Below are positions 51,639 through 59,489 of a stretch of DNA of 64,000 bases, piece after piece (the stretch's first letter is position 1; each line of letters starts with the position of its first letter). Made by a program: the position numbers and the translations under genes. The stretch is from positions 1,554-65,553 of IMG/VR virus record IMGVR_UViG_3300024283_000001, one strand, 5' to 3'. The DNA is from a virus. Taxonomy: Duplodnaviria; Caudoviricetes. Below the pieces are notes generated by a model. The model was not told the origin of the DNA, made no database searches, and worked only from the letters and a program-made list of their open reading frames with translations.

Positions 51639-52521
51639 TGTTGCCCCTTTCCTGAACTTTCATAAGGTCCTTGGCGAACCAAATCTTAAAATCTGCTTTG
51701 TACCGCTCCCACCACTGCATGCACATCGGCTGCAGGTGCTCGTAGTTGGCCTTTATCTCTTTGATGTAAATCGGCAGGAGCGACCAGTCTCGAATCACTG
51801 GAAGTGGATGCGATCCCAACAAGTACGTCCAAAATCCTGGCTCCGGGCGAGTAGGACTAAGGTCGTCGAGAATTGGAATCGCTCCACACTCCAGTGCATC
51901 CCACGGTCGCGCTGCGTCCGGTGAGAAAGGCCCGGAAGGGCAAGGCACAATCTTCGCCCTGCACAGCGTCCGGTAATATTCGCTGAATGAAACTCCTTGG
52001 AAGTAGCCGCGGGTTTCGATGACGATCCCGCCCCAGTCGATCGTTCGGAGAGCGTTGACGCAGGCGAGCCGGCGCTCGTGCGTTATCTGTCCACCGAAGA
52101 ACCAGTCGAGGTCTTTATCGCATTCGACGATGTGCCGCGAATGGTCGTGGGCATAGCCATCGACGATGAAGCGATCGGCAAAATCGTGCCGGCCAGGCAT
52201 CGGCTCCTGGACCCACACGATTTTGTTCGGATGCTCGATCTTCTCGATCGGGAAGCTGCACTCTTCATCGCCCAGGCAGATAATCAGGACCCACTTCGGG
52301 AACTTCTTAAGGTCGAGGTTTAGTTTGTCCAACCCGCCGAGTTCTCGGCCCCCGTGGACCACGACGACGGCGCCGTCAAGATTCGCCGGCATTCGACCCC
52401 GGCCAGGAAAGTGCGGCCCACAACCGTAGTGGTCAAACAGGTCGTTCACCATCGAAGTAGACCCGTAGTAGCCGCGGCTTTCTTCCTGGGCGTGCCAAAT
52501 CACGGGGATGCTAGGCGTCAT
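51631..52521 (-). CDS. Exostosin (GT47)-like glycosyltransferase
   Basis: WFFGGQ...R...Y...L..AKIVPCPSG...R.WDALECGAIPI; ATGA overlap gives start 52521. Confidence 0.75.
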   Translation of the reverse strand: MTPSIPVIWHAQEESRGYYGSTSMVNDLFDHYGCGPHFPGRGRMPANLDGAVVVVHGGRELGGLDKLNLDLKKFPKWVLIICLGDEECSFPIEKIEHPNKIVWVQEPMPGRHDFADRFIVDGYAHDHSRHIVECDKDLDWFFGGQITHERRLACVNALRTIDWGGIVIETRGYFQGVSFSEYYRTLCRAKIVPCPSGPFSPDAARPWDALECGAIPILDDLSPTRPEPGFWTYLLGSHPLPVIRDWSLLPIYIKEIKANYEHLQPMCMQWWERYKADFKIWFAKDLMKVQERGNNV

Positions 52522-53504
52522 GGAATTCCCAACCAGTGCTTGTTTTCCGGCCGAAGTAACCACTCGACCGTGTGAGGAATCGTGTCGCTGAGTTCCATCG
52601 GCGGTATCCAACCCAACTTGAATATTTTGGACCCGTTCAGTCCGTAACGAACGTAGAAACCTGGGCGCACTTGCTCCGGGTCAACGAGGTCATAGTCGAT
52701 CCCCACGCGCATCGTTTTTTCGACTTCGATGAGGACCTCGAGATTTGAGTGTGACCAAGCCCTGGCGATATTGTATTTCTCACCAGGCTGGCCTTTCTCG
52801 ATCAGGAACATCACCGCCGAAACGGCGTCTTTGGCGTGAAGGTAATCGCCGTAACTCGTGCACGAATTTTTGAGGTCTGCATAAATCTGGATTTTCTTCC
52901 TCGTCACGCCGGCCCGGACAAGGCTCGGAACATATTTCTCTGGCGATTGCCACTCCCCGAAGAGGCTCATACAAATCGGGATGACCACCGGCACCTGGTA
53001 GGTCTTCCACCAGGCGAGGCACGCTTCGGTGGCCGCGATCTTCGACGCCCCGTAAGGCGTTGTCGGCCGATAGGGGCTCTCTTCGGAGAACGGCGCCGGC
53101 GCGATCGGTTTTCCGTAGACCTCGTCCGTAGAAAAATAAATGAACTTCACCAGGTGTTTTTGCTCCCGGGCAAACTCGAGCATCTGACAGGTGCCCATGA
53201 CATTCGTTTCCATGAATCCCCAGGGATCCGCGATCGACTTACCGATCCGCGTTCTTCCTCCGAGGTGGATGATGTAGTCGACCTGGCCGGCTGCAGCCAG
53301 AACTCGAGGATTGGGGCCTTCGTCGAGCGATACGGAAAGCGGCCTTACCCTTTCGGAATCAAAGAAGCCACTTTCTCCGTGGCGAGACGCTGGACCGAGA
53401 TACCGGTCGAGCAGCAGAATCTCCCAATCCGTCGTCCTTACGATGTAATCAACGAAGTGGGAAGCTAGGAAGCCGGCACCGCCCGTGATCAGTACTCGTC
53501 TCAT
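52518..53504 (-). CDS. rfbB: NDP-sugar dehydratase/epimerase (dTDP-glucose 4,6-dehydratase-like), 328 aa
   Basis: ITGGAGF, STDEVYG, PYGASK, YGPxQ-like FGEWQSPEK. Confidence 0.75.
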   Translation of the reverse strand: MRRVLITGGAGFLASHFVDYIVRTTDWEILLLDRYLGPASRHGESGFFDSERVRPLSVSLDEGPNPRVLAAAGQVDYIIHLGGRTRIGKSIADPWGFMETNVMGTCQMLEFAREQKHLVKFIYFSTDEVYGKPIAPAPFSEESPYRPTTPYGASKIAATEACLAWWKTYQVPVVIPICMSLFGEWQSPEKYVPSLVRAGVTRKKIQIYADLKNSCTSYGDYLHAKDAVSAVMFLIEKGQPGEKYNIARAWSHSNLEVLIEVEKTMRVGIDYDLVDPEQVRPGFYVRYGLNGSKIFKLGWIPPMELSDTIPHTVEWLLRPENKHWLGIP

Positions 53505-53818
53505 TGTTTCCTAAAGGTGGTGCGCGGAGCGTTCATCCCCGCGCGCCAGAACTCTTCGGCCTCCTCGAGTGGCGCCCATTCGAACTTTGTGAGCGATCGG
53601 TCCGGGCGCATCTTTCCGACTTGCTCAAACCCGAGGCAAAGCATCTCCCAGTTGATCCGCACGAACTCGACGACTTCCTCATCGGTCAGATTGTGTTCGT
53701 CGCAGACCGGTAGGTTGATGAAGGCTGTCGCCGGCGTCGTGTTGGGCAGAGCGTAGAATTCCAGTTTCAGGGCGCGCGTCCCTGGCTTCTCGCAATCAAC
53801 TTTTGTGCACTTTGGCAT
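53501..53818 (-). CDS. Hypothetical Cys/His protein, 105 aa
   Basis: C...C...C..H; overlap coupling. Confidence 0.6.
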   Translation of the reverse strand: MPKCTKVDCEKPGTRALKLEFYALPNTTPATAFINLPVCDEHNLTDEEVVEFVRINWEMLCLGFEQVGKMRPDRSLTKFEWAPLEEAEEFWRAGMNAPRTTFRKQ

Positions 53819-55700
53819 TTGTTCCCCTAACGATATCCAGAATCTCCCGCATCCGCACGGTCCAGGTGTCGTTCCCGTGGATGATTCTCGCAGCGTTTAT
53901 GGCGAAGGTTTTCCTATCAGAATCGCTGTACTGAAGTGCTTTCTCGATCGTGCGGTGAAGATCCTCTAGGTCTTGCGGCTCATAGAACATCTGCGTGGCA
54001 ACGCACAGGTCCAGAACAGTCGGATGAACAAGAAATCCGTACCGGCCAACAGTCTCAGGAACGCGATCGCTCCAATATCGCGGGATGCCGGAAAAGATGC
54101 AATCGCCCACCACCACCTTGCAGGAGGCATAGAAATCGTTCAGGGCGTGGCCGCGGACGTCCGTGATGTGCTTAAAGCGGCCGCCATAGGTTTCCTCGAG
54201 CCAATCGACGAGCCGTGGTCGGAAAGGATATTCGGCGTGATATCCCTTAGCTCCCACGAATCCAACGTCGCAGCGGAACTCCTCGCGCGGCACGCCCGGG
54301 TGGCAATATACTTCGCTCATCGCCGGCTTCATCCAATAGTGGGCCACGCCCCTGGCTGTGAAATCTTCCTGGCGCGAGCCATCCGCAGTGAACACGAATT
54401 GTGTTTTCCAGAAAGGATCGACGCCGATACCCTTCTCCCGGTCCGGGATCCCCCAAAACTTGTCGAGGTGCATCGACACGGTGGGCACTTTTCGCTTCCG
54501 CAGGTCGTCGAGGAACATCAGCATCGCGTTGTTCGGGACCTGGAAAAAATTCCGCGTGTGGATCCACAGGAAAATATCGTTCCATTCCATCGCCTCTTCG
54601 AGAGCCCGGAGGTTTACCTTATTCTCCTGCAACGTTTCAACTTCAACGCCGAGCCGCTCTTCGAGAGCCCATTGAACCATGCTTTCGGTGCTATCAGGCG
54701 TCAGGAAGTTTCCAAGGAAGGCGACACGGAGCGGAGTCGCCGCGGCGCGCACGCTCGCTGCCTGGTGTGGACGGACGTCCGCAAGATGCAGTGCCACGGC
54801 ATTTTCAAAGTCAGTCGCTTCCCGCTGAAACATCGCTCTTGAATCCGACTCAATCTGGTTGGGATAAAGCTGCAGGGCGTTCTCGACCGCGTCGTAAATA
54901 TCGAGGGCCGAGGTTTCGTAAAGATCCGCGAGATTGTACCGGCCGGATTTTCGAGCCGGTAGTCGCAGGAGTGCCCCAAACTCGTTCATCGGTGGCGCAT
55001 CTGTAGTGATCACGCACGCATTCACGCTAAAGGCTTCGTGGATGGCGTGCCCGTACCCTTCGGTGGCGCTCGGATAGATGTGGAAGAGGCATTCATTTTG
55101 CAAAATCTTCAGCGCTTCTTCAGCGGCCCGGTCAAAGTAGGTGACCCCAGGTATTTCAGGACGCTCTTGCAGGACGCTACTCACAACGAAAAGGCGCGCG
55201 TCTAACGCCTTCCCATTTTTGTGCCAGCGCCAGGCATCGACGACCGCTTGTGTTCCGCGGATTGAACTGTTCCCACCGATGTGAAGAAACCAGGGAAATC
55301 GCTCGACGTCGGGCAGGTACTGATCCCGGGCAGTGAATCCGGTGTAGTGCGTGCGCTTCGGCCAGAGCGGAGAGAAGAGCCGATAAGCCTCGTGCGTCTT
55401 GGCGAAGACCTTGTCGATGTAGCGGTCAATCAGCCGGATCATTTCTGGCTTCACCCACTCCGGGTTGAGCCAGGCCCATTTGACCGGCGCCAGGTTCAGC
55501 AAGTGCCGCGGCACCACCTCGAGAAATATGGCCAGATCGTACTTAGCCGAAAAATGAGGGTCCTCGTCCATCCATTCTTGCGGGAGGTCGTACTGCAGCC
55601 CCATGACTTTGTGCCCATGTGCCATCAGGCAGCCGGCTATCAATTCAGCATCGCGCTGCAGGCCGATACCGTTCATGTTCGTAATGATGGCGACGTTCAC
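53796..55700 (-). CDS. Two-domain glycosyltransferase (GT4-like plus CgeB/DUF3880-like), 634 aa
   Basis: PS..EGYG..I.EA...TTD.PPMNE; second domain DVGFVG...Y..RP...YWSDRVPE. Confidence 0.75.
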   Translation of the reverse strand: MNVAIITNMNGIGLQRDAELIAGCLMAHGHKVMGLQYDLPQEWMDEDPHFSAKYDLAIFLEVVPRHLLNLAPVKWAWLNPEWVKPEMIRLIDRYIDKVFAKTHEAYRLFSPLWPKRTHYTGFTARDQYLPDVERFPWFLHIGGNSSIRGTQAVVDAWRWHKNGKALDARLFVVSSVLQERPEIPGVTYFDRAAEEALKILQNECLFHIYPSATEGYGHAIHEAFSVNACVITTDAPPMNEFGALLRLPARKSGRYNLADLYETSALDIYDAVENALQLYPNQIESDSRAMFQREATDFENAVALHLADVRPHQAASVRAAATPLRVAFLGNFLTPDSTESMVQWALEERLGVEVETLQENKVNLRALEEAMEWNDIFLWIHTRNFFQVPNNAMLMFLDDLRKRKVPTVSMHLDKFWGIPDREKGIGVDPFWKTQFVFTADGSRQEDFTARGVAHYWMKPAMSEVYCHPGVPREEFRCDVGFVGAKGYHAEYPFRPRLVDWLEETYGGRFKHITDVRGHALNDFYASCKVVVGDCIFSGIPRYWSDRVPETVGRYGFLVHPTVLDLCVATQMFYEPQDLEDLHRTIEKALQYSDSDRKTFAINAARIIHGNDTWTVRMREILDIVRGTNAKVHKS

Positions 55701-56068
55701 TATTTTGCTCCGGTCTGCGGGACGTGCAGGTTGACTGTTCGAAGGAGGGCGTCGATCTCATTCAGGCTCACGTTTGGGAAACGGGTGATCGTGAATTCTT
55801 GTTTTTCCACGTTGTAGGCCAGGATTCCGAGCGGTACGCGACCACACCCCCGCAGCGCCTCCATCACTTTCTTGAACTCGGCCACTTCGTCTAAAGTGGC
55901 CTCCGGGGGTTCCATGTCGGGCGAGAGTATATACCCTTCCAGAAGTACCCACAACCTAGTACTTCGGTAATGTTCCCCAGGTCGGTGCAAAACGCGAACC
56001 TGGTGGCAGGAGGAATCCATGAATACGACAGCAGCAAAGATAGCCTTCCGCGCCGACCTTTGGCGCAA
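55700..56068 (-). CDS. Hypothetical protein
   Basis: ORF abutting GT start; true start uncertain. Confidence 0.4.
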   Translation of the reverse strand: MRQRSARKAIFAAVVFMDSSCHQVRVLHRPGEHYRSTRLWVLLEGYILSPDMEPPEATLDEVAEFKKVMEALRGCGRVPLGILAYNVEKQEFTITRFPNVSLNEIDALLRTVNLHVPQTGAK

Positions 56069-56355
56069 GTTCCTGAGCGGCTACCAGGTGGTGCTCATCA
56101 CGACCCCCGAGCTCTTCGCCGATTACTGTGCCAAGTTCCGGGAACGTTGGATTGCAGGAGAATAACGATGGAATCCCTTTCATTTTGCGCGTTTTTGGCC
56201 TTTTTGATTTATTCGCTGATCGCCGCGACCGATCGCACCACCGACGAGATCCGGGCAAGCCGCGAGGACGCGATCGACGTCAGCCATATTTCCGGTGATA
56301 TTTGGGATCACCACTGCCGGATCGACGGATGCCGCGGCCGGCACCGTTCCCACGC

Positions 56356-59300
56356 CTAGTCTTCCTCTTCGCGCTCGGCCTTCTCGTCCTCGGATAGCAT
56401 TTCGATGCCCGGGTGGCGGTGATCGACAACCCAGGCCGGCGCGTACTCCTGGCCCTGTTCGCCCCACACCTGCACGCGGTGGTTCCCGTCCAGAATGTTC
56501 ACCGACCCGTTTTTGTGAATGTCTACTTTGATGGGCGATCCGGTGCGTGGCCGATAGTCCTGCCTGTCAAAGTTCTCTTCTTCCTCGTCCACAAACTTCG
56601 GCGTCGGCAGGTCTTCCATCGGGATGTAAGCCTGATAGATGGACACCTCTTTTTGCTGCTTCTTCCGAACGTAGTCTTTGCGGATGGTTTCCGCGGTCAC
56701 TCGTTTGCCGGTGTCCTGTAGGTCTGGTTTGTCGAAATCGACGCTGGCGTATTTCGCTCGGTACGGCAGGTCATCGTGGTGTACGCCGATCGGCTCGGGA
56801 GCCGCTTCTTCTTCCTTGAGGTCTTCGATGGGATGCCACTCTTTATCCGCACCGAGAACTTCCAGTTTGCTGGCCGGGAGTGCCTTCTTTGAATACAAAT
56901 CGCCCGTGCTTTCGGTTTTGTGAATCGCCGGATCTAGCTTCGTGCGGACCAATACCGACTTTCCCTCTTCAGGGGCGAACTGCCAGGCCGTGTTTGCTTT
57001 CTTCGTGAAATAGCTGCGCTTCTCGGTTGTCCCATCCGGCCAAGTGTCCTGGTCAGTTCCATAATCCGGCTTGTGAACGTTCAACTTTCCAGCTTCAGCG
57101 ATATCGCCGGCGCGCTCCGCGTTTGTAGCGTGGTAAACGTAGCCTTCCTCAGAAGGGATATCGTGGTCCTCGCCCAGGTCGTGGAGTTGCTTCCAATCGC
57201 CGGCCGGCTTCTCTTTTTTAGTGGCAGCTTCTTCGGTTGCTTCTTCCGGTTCCACCTTCAGCGAGGACCAACTGTATTGCCCGACCTTTTCCGACTTGGT
57301 GATCGCCTTCGGGTCAACGGCAATGTACTGGACCGGATTCAGATCGTCGTGAGCGGTAAAAACGATTCCATCGTGGCCGGATTCTTTCGCGAGAGCAGCT
57401 AGTTCTTTATCAGCTTCACCCCATTTTTCGTAAGGAAGATCCAGCGGCTTGTCTTCATCGCTGTCCCATCCACTCAGGAGACCTTCGTATTTCTTCGCCA
57501 GCGCGTGGTCTCCAAAATCAGCAGCCAGCTTCATGCCATCCTCGGCTACTAAGGGATTCTTGAACTCCAACTTCGCGCGATAGATGTGGTTTCCATGTTC
57601 CGGCGTCGCCTCGGGAGAGAAGAAGGTGCCGCGCTCTTCGTTCGTGCGGAACTCCGGGTGGTCCGAGGCCCTGTAAGCGTGGATGGTGACTGGCTTCCCG
57701 GTTTCAGCATCTTTCACCGGGGGATACTTCAAATCCCGGATATCGACGGGCGCCTGCGGATGCCTGATGTGCGTTCCTGTCCCTGGCCCGGTCCCGAATG
57801 CCTCCTTTGGGTTGTAAAAACTGTGCTTCAGGTCGTCGTACTCTTTCTCGGCATATTTGTCCGCTTGCACGCGCGCAGTCGCTTTCGCGCGCTCTTCAAA
57901 CGAGAGGGCTTTATATTTGGCTTCCGTCAATCCGTAGGCATCGAGGTCAGGATCGTGATAGTCCTGCCAGATTCCCGAAGGCACCGGCGTGTCCTCGCCG
58001 GATTTGAACATCAATTCTCTGCCACCGCTCATGATGGCGACGCGATATTTCCCGTTGTCGTATTCAGCGATCGGCCGCTCGCCCCCCTGGTACGCTTTTA
58101 CTGTGCGGACCTGGTCGTCCCTCATCTCCTGAAGAAAAGGAGCGTAACCTTCGGGCACTTTGAACTTCTCGTCTATAGGGAGCTTCTTCGCGGCCGCTGC
58201 TTTCTCAGCTTGTTCCTGGCGCTTCACGAGCTCGCGGATGATATCGCCAATGACGCGTTTCGGGCTGCCCTCGGAGTCCATGTATTTGTTTGGTTCCACG
58301 GGGTCCGAAGAATCGAACCTGATTTCCATCACCGGCATGTGCTCGATGATTTTAAACGCTCGAGAGGCTACTTCCGGCGTCAGACGGCCGACCTGCAGAA
58401 AGCCGAAAGCATTGTTCCCGCGTCCCTGACCTTCAATTCCGAAACGCACGCCTCCCGTGTCTAGGATTTCGTTCATATCATCGCCGTGCTCTAGGGCGAG
58501 ATCCAGGTGGGTCCAATTTCCAGCGTCGGCAGTTTGGATCTTTCCATCCGCTCTCATGTAGCCCAACGACCCTGAGTCGAGTTGGCTTACTTTTTTCAGT
58601 TCGATGGCAGGATCAATTTCTTCGGCTTGCTTGGGTTGCGCGCCTTCGCGCTTCGCCATCTCCTTGCGTATTTTGCCGGCGACTTCTTTCGGTGAACCAT
58701 CGGCCTGAAAATAGTTCTTATCTCCGTAGGCTTCAAAGGTGAGTTCGTTGACCGGCATCTGCTCGATCACTTTGAGAGCGTTCTCGACGCCCTTCGGAGT
58801 CATCTGGCTAATACTCACGAATCCAGGGTTGTCGTCTTCTTCGAAGAACTGCCCGAAGCGCACGCCGCCATCGTTCATGATCTCGACCATTTTTGGAATG
58901 CCGCCAACCAGGTCTGCGTGCTCGTTCGGCGTCGGCATGTCTGGATTTGACCGGCTGCCGATCACCAGGCTGCCATCCGGCTTCATAATCCCGACGTCGG
59001 TCGGCTCCATCTGGCTGATTCGTTTCGGTGGCTGTGGCGTTGCTTCTTCGGCGCGCGCCTTCACTTCCTCCGGGGTCCAGTGATACCAGCCGTCCTTCCC
59101 GACCTTGCCTCCCATCTTTTCCCAAAACGGTGCCGAGTGCTCCGTCGCATCAAGCGAGATCCCCTGGTTGCGTTCCGCAGCCATCTTGGTAATGCGATTA
59201 AACATCTCGCTGCCGTGCCCCTTACCAAGGAGCTCGGGATTCGTCGCCATGTAGGAGACGTACATTTCTCCGGTGTAGGGGTTTTCGCGCAGGGAAGCAG

Positions 59301-59412
59301 CGCTCACGATCCGACCATCTTTGTCGGTCATGATTAGCGGCTCGACTCCACCGCCTTCGCCGCGTTCGACTTCATCGGGATGCCGGATTTCTTCGGCGAT
59401 GTTCTTCGCCAT
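56356..59412 (-). CDS. Polyvalent effector protein (GNAT, two repeats, two ART-like domains, ParB/Srx-like), 1018 aa; probably C-terminal half of a frameshift fusion
   Basis: GKGHGSEM (GNAT motif A), AYRAS...FFS...GHDGIVF, YVYHAT...SYFT, ILDGNHR; no SD at the ATG. Confidence 0.75.
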   Translation of the reverse strand: MAKNIAEEIRHPDEVERGEGGGVEPLIMTDKDGRIVSAASLRENPYTGEMYVSYMATNPELLGKGHGSEMFNRITKMAAERNQGISLDATEHSAPFWEKMGGKVGKDGWYHWTPEEVKARAEEATPQPPKRISQMEPTDVGIMKPDGSLVIGSRSNPDMPTPNEHADLVGGIPKMVEIMNDGGVRFGQFFEEDDNPGFVSISQMTPKGVENALKVIEQMPVNELTFEAYGDKNYFQADGSPKEVAGKIRKEMAKREGAQPKQAEEIDPAIELKKVSQLDSGSLGYMRADGKIQTADAGNWTHLDLALEHGDDMNEILDTGGVRFGIEGQGRGNNAFGFLQVGRLTPEVASRAFKIIEHMPVMEIRFDSSDPVEPNKYMDSEGSPKRVIGDIIRELVKRQEQAEKAAAAKKLPIDEKFKVPEGYAPFLQEMRDDQVRTVKAYQGGERPIAEYDNGKYRVAIMSGGRELMFKSGEDTPVPSGIWQDYHDPDLDAYGLTEAKYKALSFEERAKATARVQADKYAEKEYDDLKHSFYNPKEAFGTGPGTGTHIRHPQAPVDIRDLKYPPVKDAETGKPVTIHAYRASDHPEFRTNEERGTFFSPEATPEHGNHIYRAKLEFKNPLVAEDGMKLAADFGDHALAKKYEGLLSGWDSDEDKPLDLPYEKWGEADKELAALAKESGHDGIVFTAHDDLNPVQYIAVDPKAITKSEKVGQYSWSSLKVEPEEATEEAATKKEKPAGDWKQLHDLGEDHDIPSEEGYVYHATNAERAGDIAEAGKLNVHKPDYGTDQDTWPDGTTEKRSYFTKKANTAWQFAPEEGKSVLVRTKLDPAIHKTESTGDLYSKKALPASKLEVLGADKEWHPIEDLKEEEAAPEPIGVHHDDLPYRAKYASVDFDKPDLQDTGKRVTAETIRKDYVRKKQQKEVSIYQAYIPMEDLPTPKFVDEEEENFDRQDYRPRTGSPIKVDIHKNGSVNILDGNHRVQVWGEQGQEYAPAWVVDHRHPGIEMLSEDEKAEREEED

Positions 59413-59489
59413 CCGGGCAGATTCTGTGTCTTTGAATTGGCCCCAACTATCGAGGACCTCGGCGTCCTCATTCGTGGGTCGTTGCAGTC

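Noticed and set aside
55956-56350. Small ORFs between polyvalent protein and glycosyltransferases
   Set aside because: Several competing frames without clear SD or motif
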